Source: Botryllus schlosseri
Lineage: Eukaryota
NCBI GenBank assembly: GCA_051294905.1
Contig: CM119371.1
Location: 19,222,001 to 19,286,000, forward strand
DNA length: 64,000 nt
Reading direction: 5' to 3'
Part shown: positions 51,845 to 64,000 of the stretch, piece after piece
How positions within the stretch are numbered: position 1 is the stretch's first letter
How the letters are laid out: the number at the start of each line of letters is the position of its first letter
Position numbers and translations under genes: made by a program
The notes under the pieces: generated by a model
The model's input: the letters and a program-made list of their open reading frames with translations, nothing else
What the model was told of the DNA's origin: nothing
The model's database searches: none

Positions 51845-53443
51845 TCAAACATCACATTTATAGCTTTTGATACCTGAATGTGTGGACAGGTGGGATTTGA
51901 GGCTATCCTTTCTTGCAAAATCTTTTCCGCAAATATCACATCGATGGCATTTTACACCAATATGAATAGCCGTGTGTTTTTTCAGAATGTCCTTACGCAC
52001 AAATTCTTTACCACACACATCACATTTATGGCTTTTGACACCAAAATGAATAGCCACGTGCCTCTTCAGGGTATGCTTTTGCAAAAATTCACCACACACC
52101 TCACATTGATGACGCTTGACGCCAGCATGTACACGAAGATGGGCTTTCAATCCCGCTTTCAAAATAAATTTTTTCCCACAAACACCACAGCTATGATTCA
52201 TGACTCCTGCATGCCCAATAACATGCGCCCTCAGCTGATACTTCCCAGCAAATTCTTTTCCACAAATGCTACAACATTGATTTTTGACACGTAAATGCCC
52301 ATTCATATGATCCTTGATATACCTCCTAGAAAACTGTTTCCCACAAATTTCACATGCATGATTTTTGAAACCAAGATGCACATCCATATGACGATTCATA
52401 CCGCTATTTGTTGTGAATTGTTTCCCACATATATCACATTCGTGTCTCTTTAGACCAAGATGAGCATTGATGTGATAATCGAGGCCCTCCTTCGAGAGGA
52501 ATCCTTTACCACAAACATCACATTTATACCAGACGCCAGAATGTGTGACCAGGTGTCTCGTGAGGCGATCCTTACTTGCAAATTTTTTTCTACAGATATC
52601 ACATGCATGGCTTTTTACACCGATGTGATTAGCCATGTGTCTCCTCAGGGTGCCCTTAACCATAAATTCTTTACCACATACATCGCATTTATGGCTTTTG
52701 TCATCAAAGTGAATAGCAACATGTGTCGTCAGGGCACCCTTTTGCCCGAATTCTTTACCACACACATCGCATTTATGACTTTTTTCATTAAAGTGAATAG
52801 CAACATGCGTCTTCAGGGTGTCCTTTCGCCCGAATTCTTTACCACACACATTACATTCATGGATTTTTACACCAGCATGAATAGCCATGTGTACGTTGAG
52901 GCCACTATGACGTGTGAATACTTTCCCACAAATATCACATTTATGGCACCTAACACCAGTATGTTTAACTAGGTGTTTCTCGAGGTCAGACTTCCACATG
53001 AATTTTTTTTCACAGACAGCACATGCATGGCTTTTGATACCAGTATGAATATCAAGATGCCTCTCCAAGTGACATTTAAAAGTAAATTCTTTCCCACAAA
53101 CATCACAGCTATGATCCTTGACACTTGCATGCCTAGCCAGGTGATCCTTCAGTTGGTTCTTTTGAGCGAATTCCTTCCCAAAAACATCACAGTTATGATT
53201 CTTGACACCAGATAGCATACTGATTAGGGTCTTGTTGTGACTCTGTTGCGTGGATTCTTCTCTACAAACACCAGCCGGAATATCAAGGTGCTTCATGTCA
53301 GATTTTGACATAAATCCCTTATCACAAACTTCACATTCATGCCTTTTGACAGCAGCATGCATATGTGTAGCCATATCTAGTGGTATGTAGCATAGAACTC
53401 CAGAAAAGAAAGTATCATATTGCATTGTTGATAACATAGCCAC
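51845..53443 (-). CDS. Tandem C2H2 zinc-finger protein (about 15 intact fingers); start uncertain
   Basis: 532-aa ORF of CDVCGKEF...HxxxH repeats with GVKxH-type linkers. Ends at a TGA inside a finger; the frame stays open to 51653. Confidence 0.92.
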   Translation of the reverse strand: MAMLSTMQYDTFFSGVLCYIPLDMATHMHAAVKRHECEVCDKGFMSKSDMKHLDIPAGVCREESTQQSHNKTLISMLSGVKNHNCDVFGKEFAQKNQLKDHLARHASVKDHSCDVCGKEFTFKCHLERHLDIHTGIKSHACAVCEKKFMWKSDLEKHLVKHTGVRCHKCDICGKVFTRHSGLNVHMAIHAGVKIHECNVCGKEFGRKDTLKTHVAIHFNEKSHKCDVCGKEFGQKGALTTHVAIHFDDKSHKCDVCGKEFMVKGTLRRHMANHIGVKSHACDICRKKFASKDRLTRHLVTHSGVWYKCDVCGKGFLSKEGLDYHINAHLGLKRHECDICGKQFTTNSGMNRHMDVHLGFKNHACEICGKQFSRRYIKDHMNGHLRVKNQCCSICGKEFAGKYQLRAHVIGHAGVMNHSCGVCGKKFILKAGLKAHLRVHAGVKRHQCEVCGEFLQKHTLKRHVAIHFGVKSHKCDVCGKEFVRKDILKKHTAIHIGVKCHRCDICGKDFARKDSLKSHLSTHSGIKSYKCDV

Positions 53444-53544
53444 AAGCCTAGCTCATATATTAGTGAGACCTACATTGTCAACAAAAATTTCAAGATATTG
53501 ACCATCACTTTATCCTATATTTAACCTCATTGATAGTACACTAC

Positions 53545-54057
53545 ATGGTTGTAACCAAGTCACAAGGCTCCGAGTCATAAGTCAATCTCACTTTTATAGT
53601 CTTATTCGATTCAAGTCGAGTCATTTTCAATTCACCACCGAGTCAAATCCTAGTCCAAGTCAGCCAGCAGAAGTTTAATCCGAGTCATGGTATTATGACT
53701 CGAGTCCGGGTCATTGTGTTGACTGCTCAGTTTCCAGTTGAAGTCTTCTTTAAAACCAATTTTTATAACTCTATTAGGTGATATCGAATGGTTCTCACTT
53801 GAAGCAGTTTCTAGTCGCATTTTCAAGTATCAATAGACCAAATCCCAATAGTGTGGTTACTTCACTATTCTTCAAAATTACAATGAAATGTCGGTCTTGG
53901 TCGTCTAGAGTCTCGATGTCGGGTCATATGACTTGGTTCGAGTCATGTGCAATGACGTCGGTCGAGTCATTTCCGTATTTCGAGAAAATGACTCAAGCTA
54001 AATCTAGTCATCAGAAAATCGTGAGTGGAGTCATGACTCGAGTCATTACAACTCGGG
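53545..54057 (+). mobile_element. GACTCGAGTC-rich MITE (GGTTGTAA termini); relatives at 57803-58129, ~59560-59743 (-), ~61347-62195 (-)
   Basis: Shared GGTTGTAACCAAGTCACAAGG(C/T)TCCGAGTCA start and GACTCGAGTCATTACAAC end. Confidence 0.75.
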
Positions 54058-54288
54058 TACACTTCCTGCAGCGGAACCTGAGGCGTAGCCCAGTAACGTG
54101 GAGAGGGGGATTGGGATCGCCGCATATCCCCCGTTCCGAGCTTGAGTCATCAGAAAATCGTGAGTCAAGTTGAGTCATAACTCGAGACATTACAACCCAG
54201 ATACACTCCCTGCAGCGGAACCTGGCGCGTAGCCCAGTGGCGTGGACAGGGAGTGATTGGGATGGCCGAACATCCCACGTTCCGAGCT
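54007..54288 (+). repeat. ~140-bp tandem duplication spanning a MITE end and its flank
   Basis: GTCATCAGAAAATCGTGAGT...CCTGCAGCGGAACCTG...GTTCCGAGCTT at 54007 and 54147. Confidence 0.85.
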
Positions 54289-55082
54289 TTTCAAATCTCA
54301 AATCTAGCGCTAACATTTCTAGGCGTAATCGCTGACTCATGATTGATTCGCGATCAGCGTTCCCACTGAACAGTGAATCAAAGATATCCCTTTTCTCCAA
54401 TTATTCTCTCATCTGTCACAACGAGAGTATGATGCCTATCATTTCACAACACACGGGGATATCTCACCATTTCTCGTTTCAAATAAGTTGCTCTGCTTGA
54501 TATCTTAGCATATTATAGAAATCAAATGTCCAAAGCAGAATCTATCATGTATCGATGCAATTTTCGATTTGGTTGTGTCAGTAAAGACTGCCTGCCTTTT
54601 ATTTAGGGTTTTAGTATCTCTTGTCCGTTTTCACACACGTAGCCAGCAATAAGTACAATTGGACGAATCGCGGGTTACTTTTCAAATTTCGTAGGAGCTA
54701 CGATTCAATCAGTACAACAATGATCGCTCTATCATGGGCGACTGGCATAGTTTCCCCAAAAGAAATATTGTTTTATCAAAGAAATACAAACACACAATAA
54801 TTTTATTATCATCGCTTTCATTCCATTGGGCACGATACCTGAATACACTTTTCAGCGACTAAAGAATCGATCTTGGGGTTAGCTAGACAGGGTACTAGCT
54901 GGAAAACTGTCATCGTGTAAAGCTTGATCATGTGGGGAAAACTCAAGTCGTTTTTTAGGCGTCTCGGTCTTGGCAGTGTCTGGGTCAATGCACGTCAAAG
55001 GCAAAATGATAACTCAAATCAGCTAATTCTTACTCCATAGAATGCTGTTTCCACTGCGGAAGCCGTATCAGCTAGTGAGGAG

Positions 55083-56620
55083 CAGAGTTGGATCAATTAC
55101 ATTATTTCAGTTCAATTACAATTATAATTACTTTCATGCATGTTTCAATTACATTACAATTGCAATTACTCCATGCTAAAAATATCAAATTACAATTACA
55201 ATTACAATTACCGTACTCCTTGCATGCTTCAATTACATTACAATTACAATTGCTGCTGTTGAACATGTAATTCAATAATCATAAATTCAACCATGCTCCT
55301 TGACAACCGTAACGTTGTATTTAACAACAATTCAAGTCTAGTTCAGATTGTGTAGTAATAAATGCGTTTATGTGCGTACATAGTATGATATGTAAGACGT
55401 CATTGTAACGTAATATAAGCGTGTTTTGTATGCTCAGTAATTATGGCTCACGTAACTGGAAATGTAAAATGTTATTTACCTAATTTTTTATGGGTTAGGA
55501 TTAAGGATAGGGTGCAGTATGTCGTTGAAAAAAGAATTATAATATATGCACATGTTGGATTTGCGTATATAGTATATAATTAAAGAAATAATATTATTTT
55601 TATCGAGGGACGTAGGAATTAGGATGAGGAGTAAAAACAAAACAGTGCTTTGTCAGATAGGCGTTATATAATATCAAGTGGTCTGGTTAGTTAGCCAGAC
55701 GAAGTAACGATGCAGCATCGTGATCTGAAATCGTATTGTAGATTGCCAACCCACGGATAGATGCGCAAGATGTGAGTCGCGGATGAATGCACCGACAAAC
55801 GTACTGCAGAGCCGGCTAAAAGCAGCAAACTTTGTAGTCCCAGAGCTGGCGATCTAAGCGTCCAAATTAGATGTATCGGGTCTTTATCGTAAGCTATTGA
55901 TGCACTAATTCCTAAAATACAAGTTAAAATCTCGTCAGGGCAATGTAACTGCTCCAAAATAGCCGTTTAAGGCCGACTGTTCCGAAAAGTGAGAGCGCCG
56001 CAGCAGCATGACCACAACAATGACCAATTACACCCAGCGATTGTTCAGAACAATGTCGATTCCCAGACTTTCATGACTATTTTGGGATGGTACCATTGTC
56101 AGGAAATATACTTTTATTGCGGGATCAGTGCGACACTAGCTTTCGATTAGGACAATACGTATCAAATTTCGACGCTTGGATCGCCAGCTATGGTACTATC
56201 AATTCTGCTGCTTTTAGCCGGCTCAGCAGTTCGCTTCTCGGCGTATTCAATCGTGAGTCACGTGTTGCGAATCCATCCTTTGGTTAGTAATCTAAAAATT
56301 GTATACAATGGCAGCCGAGGCCAGCATTGCGGTAAAAATAAAAAACTTCGCCCGCAAGGGCGCAGTCAAGGGCTTCCGCGAATGGATCCACCAAATTCCT
56401 TGTCGACATTTAAAGAGAATGCATTAAGTCAATTATTTTATGTTGTGCTTGTCAGGTCTCAATAGCAATTTAATGTAATTGAAATTGTAATTGAGCAAAA
56501 TTTTTGTCAAATTACAATTACACAAAATAAAAATGCTTCAATTACAATTACATTACAATTACACTGAAAAATGTAATTATTACACTCACTCAATTACAAA
56601 TTACAATTGATCCAACTCTG
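55083..56620. mobile_element. hAT MITE with (CAATTA)n subtermini and an inner decayed palindrome (~55736-56296)
   Basis: TIR CAGAGTTGGATCAATT and AATTGATCCAACTCTG. TSD GTGAGGAG/GCGAGGAG. AGCCGGCTAAAAGCAGCA occurs inverted inside. Confidence 0.85.
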
Positions 56621-57149
56621 GCGAGGAGTAGTAAGAGGAGAATAACTTATTCTGAACAACAACAACAATATCGTTAAACTGATATTAATTTCAGCATTGC
56701 AAATTGCTTTACTAAGCGTTCTTCCAAAATATTAAATCTGGTCGCGGGACCATTCGCATGTCACTATTTCGCCGCAATCCTATTGAAAAATGCTTTTTCG
56801 ATTACAGGTCTACACCTGGGCACGAGCCGAGCTACTGTTATTGACGATTGTATCACATACACCGGACGTGGTCCAGTGGTCCATACCACAATAAAACAAC
56901 AGAAATGCTAAACCATTTTAGCAAACGAGCTACTTCAACGCAAATTTTATCATTACATACCGGTAACAATTTCCTCATTGGACAGTTTGATTTGTGAAAT
57001 CTGACATGATAAGAAACCAAGTCTACATCGCTTTTAATAATTAGGAGCTGTTATCTTAGCTTAACGTAGCGGTGCTATATCTTAATAATACTATCAGGTA
57101 GTGACAAGATATAATTACAATCAAATTATCCAGGAATGCATTACAAGAG

Positions 57150-59846
57150 TCTTGAAATTGCCGACGTTTGCATAAGCATTAGAATATCGCTAAACCCAAG
57201 AAATCTGCTTGGGAAGGTTTGATTTCAATAAAACTTCATCCTACCAATATTCTTTGTTTCCGGAACTTAGCTAAACCTGACAAATTTCGAAGCTACAGTA
57301 GTCTGATTCTACTGTGACCAGAAGAGTTGCAGCAATGTCAGTCAATCTTTTATCGCATGTACTGAAACACGCTACTGTAGTAGACCAGTGGTTCTCAACC
57401 GCTGGTCCGCGGACCGGCACCGGTCCGCGACGACATTCCTGCCGGTCCGCCAGGTATAATACAATTTTATACCTTAAATTCAAGAGGCGATGTAAAAGGC
57501 CTGTCATTTGATCAAATGAATAAAACTTCAAATTTTAAACTGATTCAGAACTTCATGAGGTAACGCTAGGGCTAGAAATATGTTCGATTTGACTTAAAGT
57601 TCAAGACAAGTCATTTGACGACATGCAAGCGACAAGTACAGAACAGCTACGAGCTGACTCATCGCTAAACAGCGTAGTTTGCGCGAGCATTCGTCTTCGA
57701 TTCATTCATTTTGTGCAGGACCGTAACCGGGGCACCCCAAACCGCCCAATTGGAGAAGGGCTGAGCTTGAAAAGAACCCGAAATTATTATGCAAATGAAC
57801 AATGGGTTGTAACCAAGTCACAAGGTTCCGAGTCACAAGTCAATCTCACTTTTTTTGTTTTGACTCGAGTCATGTCGAGTCATTTTCAATTCACCTTCAT
57901 AATATCCTCATTTTCCACACTTTTAACAGTTTCGGGTAGCATTTTCAAGTAACGGTATTGATAGACGAAATAATATCAGCGTGATAACATTACTATTCTT
58001 CGAAATTGCAATGAAATAGTTGTCTTGGTAGACCCAGTCTCGAGTCATATTAATTGGTCCAAGTCATGCGCAATGACTCGAGTACAAGTCGAGTCAATAC
58101 ACAAATCAACTCGAGTCATTACAACCGTGATGAACATAAATCATAGGGTATTTATTGAAACTTTTCCCAACATTTTTCAATTTATTTTCGCTCTTTGCGC
58201 GATTTAGTGTCACTAAATGTCTTGCATATTAGGTGCCCTTCTCCGAGAACTACGCATGATTTATAGAAATAGGCATTTGGGCGCCAGCCATTACCGCGCC
58301 ATGACGTAGGCTACCAACACATAACAATGAAGATTAGACTGACACGGGACTCCAGAAGACGTGCCAAAAATACGGCAGCGAGAAAACCGATTCAGTCATG
58401 AATGATGGAAAATTTTCGCTATTGGCGCGATTAATGTACTTGCACTCTTTGCTTATACTAAGTAGAATGAATGTGCTCACAAGTAAAGGTGAAAACATCA
58501 GGTAAACTGTGGCTTTATCGACTTGTGGGGCACAAGATCAACGCTTTTGGGGGGTGGGCTGACAAAGTGCTTTTTCGGCACGGATTGCCGGTATAGTTGC
58601 TGTAAGGTGTTTTCCTGTGTCACGCATTGTATTCGTAGTTGCCAGAGTAGCCAATGCGTCCGGTGGCAGTGGGCAATGAGAAACGTTGCACAACGGTGCT
58701 TGGTTCGACTCCGAAACGCTTCTTGTATCGATATTGTCAAAAACAAGAATATTATTCGAGTTGGCGTGGTCGGTTAAACCCACGGCCTTCGGCCCGAAAC
58801 AATATAAACTACTCTCGGCGGTAGCACGTAAACGACTCTCGGCGGTAGCAGGCCTATCTGGATAAGGCAATTTTACATCGACTCAGCAGACTCACTACCA
58901 TAAAATCACATGGATGCCATCGTGAACATAATTAATTACGATCAAAACCCTCTAAATGTCACTCTCTGGCATCATATAATTGCAAAAAACGGCTGCATGC
59001 TTTATATTTTGGCTTAATTTCAATTTTGAAAGTTCACCGGTCCGCCAGTCATTTTTTGAAATTTTACCGGTCCGCGAGGTGAAAAAGGTTGAGAACCACT
59101 GGTGTAGACTACTTTAGCCTAGCATAGGAAGAATCCACCGACTCCACAAACATTCAATAGCAATAATTATCTGTATGCATTTTATCCGAATGGACATTAG
59201 GGTTGTCCAAAATTTGGAAAATCTCAAAAAGTCTCAGTGATTGTGTCTCATTCTATAGATTATTGATAAAAACAACAATTAGCCTGAAAGAAGCTTACAG
59301 GAAAGCCATTAAGATTTCGGACAAAGCGTTTGAAAGTAGCGGCTCAAGAATGGGCGTGCCACTGACCATAGAACGGCGAGAAGACTAGTAATGAAATACC
59401 CACGGCTCTTGATTGGCTAATCGGCTATGTTTCAATGACCACGGCAGCAGCACCTTGCTGATTAGGTGTTCAAGAAGTCTGCTACCGGCGGGGATTCTGA
59501 GTGCGCATTGTTAGTAGTTTGACAGGTGATGATTTAAGATCAATTCATGACATGTTAAGGTATGAAATACATGTAACGACTTGGACTCGAGTCATGATAC
59601 CATGACTCGGACTTGACCCTCTGCTCAATGACTTGGACTCGGACTCGACGGTGAATTGAAAATGCCTCGACTTGACTCGAGTCAAAACAATAAAAGTGAA
59701 ATTGACTTGTGACTCGGAGCCTTGTGACTTGGTTACAACCCTGAATAGTAGCCCCCATATACATGGATGGTAACAATTTTCTGCGGCCCGCAGCATCTTT
59801 TGCTGTAAAAATGCGGTCCATTATACATGGGAAGTTGAGAACCCCG
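57150..59846 (+). pseudogene. Second decayed copy of the Buster/Charlie hAT element seen at 16560-17936, heavily interrupted
   Basis: 57150-57385 and 59102-59198 align with 16830-17515. Same right end (GCGGCCCGCAGC...GGGAAGTTGAGAACCCC). Confidence 0.75.
57386..59101. mobile_element. Charlie-like hAT element with nested copies (decayed 35610-family copy ~57716-58584, containing MITE 57803-58129)
   Basis: TIR CAGTGGTTCTCAACC and GGTTGAGAACCACTG. Flanks TAGTAGAC/GTGTAGAC. Inner MITE flanked by ATGAACA. Confidence 0.82.
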
Positions 59847-61611
59847 ACAGGGCTGTTCAAAAATAACTTTTTTCACCGGATTCCAGCCATTCACTGATTG
59901 AATTGTCAGGTTACCCTTAAAAACGATGCACACCAGCTTTGGTTCATTATAACCAGCATAAGCTGCCGCAGAGCCAATCTGAATTTTCAATTCATTCTGA
60001 AAAATTGATAAAAAAATTTAAAAATTTTCTGTCAACTCCATGAAATTTTTGAGTTGCAACGATGCAAAACAAAATTGACTCAATTCCGTAGAAGCGGAGT
60101 TGAGTTTTATAATTCTGGGATTATCCACCGTCAATGCTATTTTTGCAAATGCAGAACTTTTAATTGCATTAGGGCCCTGTGTACAAATCGAGTCAAGTCA
60201 AGTCAATCGTTTTTTTAAGGTAACTTGAGTCAAGTCAAGTCACGACTCAAGTCGCAATTCACGTCAAGTTGTCTTTTCGAAGTACGAGGTATGATCAAGT
60301 CATTGCATCGGCCATCTATTTTAAATCTAGGACCTAATACACAATTAAATAGCCATGCAAAAAGGTCTTGTATAGTTGACGCATGTGTAGAATTGCTGAA
60401 TTGCTAAACTACGTAAGTAAATATATAACCTTCGTCGATATCCGCCAAAATAGAGAATAGAATACGAAACCGCAGTTATAGTTCAAACAAATTGATATGA
60501 TGCACTAGGCACCACCCAATTACATATCCATGGGATAAAAGTTAGGCCTGCACTAATGGTTGACAAGTAATATAAACTATATTCGAATTTGGTTACGGTG
60601 AGCACCGGGCACCAATGACCATTGACCACAAGTATATGGAACACAGATGGATACTGTGCTATTTTATTGCTTTCGTACTAGTTAACGACAACGTATGCCG
60701 TAAGTTCCAATCACTTCGTATGTGGTCAATTTATTTGCGATAAAACAAACGAAGGTTCCGTAAAATGCATAATCATTGAATAAATGAAATTAGTCGCTCT
60801 CACAGCTCACACCAGCGTATCAAGAACAATCCGAACATATAAAAGATACAGCGATTTTTATTGACACCGATTTACTTCATGACATGGAATTGACTCGTAA
60901 ATTCAAGTCAAGTCATACTACAATGGTGAATCGAGTCGTCTCAACACCGGTTAAAATATTAATTCACTACGGCCGGTACGAGACAAATTTACCGTAAAAG
61001 CTACGACTAGCAGAGCATCGCTAGTACCACGAATTTTGACAAATGCATCGCAGCCTTACGTTATCTGAATTATTCCACGTCAAAAAAGTAACATACATGC
61101 ACAATTTTTATCCACACGACAATTGTCATCCGCGCTTGTGCGTACCATCCCACAGGTGAAAAGCACTGAACTAAAACAACAGAACAGTCTCAAGTGATAT
61201 TAGCAATATTCTGTTCCCCAATAATTGTGAATACAGTCAGACTTATGTCTGTAATTTGCGACATATTTCGGCAGGGTCCATAATACAGAAAAATAGATGT
61301 AGCGACAGTAAATTGCATTACGTATTCTACTTTATGATGATTTACCATGATTGTAATGACTAAAATCATGACTCGACTAGAGTCGCGACTTCTTGATTAC
61401 TCGAGTCCGTTTTCGTTTTGACTCGACTTGTACTCGGGTTATTGTGCATGACTCGAACAAAGTCATATGACTAGAGACAAGGACGGTCAAGACAGACATT
61501 TCATTGTAATTTTGAAGAATAGTATCGTATTCGGGTTCATTTCAATATGAATATACCGTAGGCCTACTAATCAATTGTATATTGAAGTTCTGTACCTCCT
61601 ACCTTTACTAA

Positions 61612-61944
61612 CAAGATAGCGTAATAGTTAAGCGTCCGGCTTCTTGATCGGTAGGTCGTGGGTTCGATTCCCGGCCGGGTCAGACCAAAGACCTGATTAG
61701 TAACACGGGTATCCATGGCTTCCCTGCTTGGCGCTCATGCAATAATGGGATAGCATGGAGGGGTGGTGCACGACTTAGAAAGCCGTAAAGGCTATATCTG
61801 CACTTCCTTGTCCAGCGGCATATGCACATCATGCACTCATGGTATGCATATGCGCAGATCGTGTGTATGTGTATCATGAGTCGGTGTATATGCCGCAAAA
61901 ACATCAAGGACAAAAATAAACTATGTACTTTCCTTTCCTTTCCT
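61612..61944 (+). mobile_element. tRNA-derived SINE (Meta-domain-like body)
   Basis: A-box-like TAGCGTAATAGTT, B box GGTTCGATTCC, body GGTCAGACCAAAGAC..GGCTTCCCTGCTTGGCGCTCA and a (TTTCC)n tail. 3' part repeated at 23305. Confidence 0.82.
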
Positions 61945-64000
61945 GCAAGAAGCTCTTCATAATATGAATGCGAGCCAGTCTATATACCGGTAACTCGAGC
62001 AGAGTTGATAAAAGTGGGTTGAACGGGATTGAACTGAAAACTCAACAGTGAACACAATGACTTGGACTCGAGTCAAAACACTATGACTCGGACTCGGCCC
62101 TCTACTCACTGACATATACTCGTCTCCTTGGTGAATTGAAAACGACTTGACTTGACTCGAGTCGAAACAATGAAAGTGAGATTGACTTGTGACTTAGTTG
62201 AAATCCTTCGATTTACCAAATAGTTTGGCCGAACATGTACTGCATAACGAAAATGGCTATGAAATTTAAAAAAGCAGGTATGGAAGGCAAATAACATCTA
62301 CCGTATATCAGTAAATGCAAGTACCGAAACTATTCTGCACTACACAGAATCTCAAGATTTTTAAGGGGGTTCTGGTATCCTTGCATAGTTAAAAATTGTA
62401 TTTCACATTCACAATTAGTGCAACAATATTGTACCAGACTAGATTATTACCCATTAATCAATTCAACGATCACCTATGCCTGGATTGCCTGCTGGTCTGC
62501 AATTCTTCTCGACTCCTAATTCATGTGTGTCGCTGACTCTGGTCAGGGTTAAGCTACGATTATGAATGCCATTGCTTGCTGCCTAGAGAGGAAGTTATTT
62601 CGATAGTAACTGGTAAATAAGATGAGTCTATGAGGCGGAGCAAAGCAGTCAGCATTACATGTCAGCCCCGCCTTGAAAATCATGCGCCCTTTTAAACCCT
62701 TTTAAAATCGGCACTTTTCACCGAATTTGAATCGGTTTGCTAAAATTGCGATTAAGATACATCTATACGCTGGAGCAAGGCGTGTTTGGTATCATGGTAA
62801 CGAGAAGATTGCCCTCTAGCGCTTAACGCCTATGAAACAGCTATCCACTAGAGGTATCACAGTGCCATGGTCTGCTGAAGGTAGAATACTGTCTGTTTTG
62901 ATCAGCAGTTTTGTGTTTATGACCTAGTGTGAACTCTGGTAGCCTCGTTCTGCGTTCTCGAACATAACCTACTTCAAAGATTATGATATTATCTTTTCAA
63001 CAAAACATTACTCAATGCTCTAGCATTATTCATCTCGTTATTACGAACGAAATGCTGACCTAACTGTGCAGAATTTCAGTAGGCGCGTTATCCGACGGCG
63101 ATGCCGGCTTATCACGGCTGAATGAACACGACTGATGCTCTGTCTTCAGCGGACGGCTAAGCTATCTTGCAGTAATATAGTCATTGGAAACGGATCATAA
63201 AGCAGATATGAATGAAATTGCGATGCATTGCCAACAAACTATGTACCGGTACACAGAATGTTCATTTGTGATATAACATGATCCATTTTCTATTCAAGGA
63301 ACAAATTAGACTTTTGAGTGATATAGCATAAAGCATTCACGGTCGTCGTTATCGCAAAGATGGACTCTTTTCTGTAATTTTGGTTTCGAATATATCAGTG
63401 CATCAATATCTTTCCATATAGTCCCATGGGACATTCGTTCTACATACACAGACTGTGAAATAGCTGTATATCGATGTAGAAATTTACACATACAGTTGGC
63501 TGACGCATTTGTAGCGCTCGACCCTTCTATTTTTGGTTAGCCATGTGCACCAAATCATGTCCCTACTGTACTGTCGTGATTGGGAACACTTCTCAAAATA
63601 CTATGTACATCTAAAAACACAAAATAAATCATGTTTGCTAATATGCTGAGCATAAGATACGACCACAAACATAACCCAAACAATTTCGTGCATATAGCAG
63701 ATATTTGTTGAGGTCTACCTTCAGCCACCACCGTATATGCAATAGTAACTTTAAGGCTGTATGTTACACATAGGCCTACATGCTGTGATTTAAATTATGA
63801 TCGCCATCACAATTCATATTTATAATGCACACTGAGTTCACAGTCTCAGAAAGCGTGATTCCGTGCCAAATGAGCATATTTATTTTCATATAAGCACCAT
63901 GGTACTTGACACACTGATTCTTCTGGCATCACCATGAAAACTATAAAAAATTCACGAGTTATCCTCACAAAATTGTGGTTTTTACCTGTCACGCTTATGC

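Noticed and set aside
58655..58720. GGTTCGACTCC B-box as a tRNA gene
   Set aside because: No convincing A box or cloverleaf, and it lies inside nested transposons.
61612..61680. Functional tRNA gene
   Set aside because: Acceptor stem does not pair, and it runs into a repeated SINE body and tail.
62360..64000. TTAA-GG start of a Kolobok-like element and short minus-strand ORFs
   Set aside because: No second terminus in the window and no recognisable protein motif.

Overview
AT-rich metazoan (invertebrate-like) nuclear DNA with GT-AG introns, dominated by nested transposable elements around two minus-strand tandem C2H2 zinc-finger genes (25342-26847 and 51845-53443). Main elements, delimited by eye from terminal repeats and target-site duplications (TSDs): (1) a four-level nest at 1730-12682: a hAT MITE, containing a ~10.7-kb P-element-like THAP transposon with non-matching termini but ~230-bp subterminal inverted repeats, containing a CCCAG-ended CACTA/EnSpm-like element, containing more hAT MITEs; (2) an apparently intact PIF/Harbinger transposon (18080-22409) with a spliced DDE transposase and a convergent 5-exon MADF-BESS gene; (3) a second CCCAG-ended CACTA-like element (37089-41728) with a DUF4806-like gene, which together with a hAT element splits an L2/CR1-group LINE 3' end; (4) a foldback element with ~340-bp TIRs and a 7-bp TSD (32348-33938); (5) decayed Harbinger and Buster/Charlie-hAT transposase relics, many 8-bp-TSD MITEs and a tRNA-derived SINE. 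No prokaryotic features, CRISPR arrays, rRNA or intact tRNA genes were seen. Family assignments come from motif recognition only; no database searches were run.
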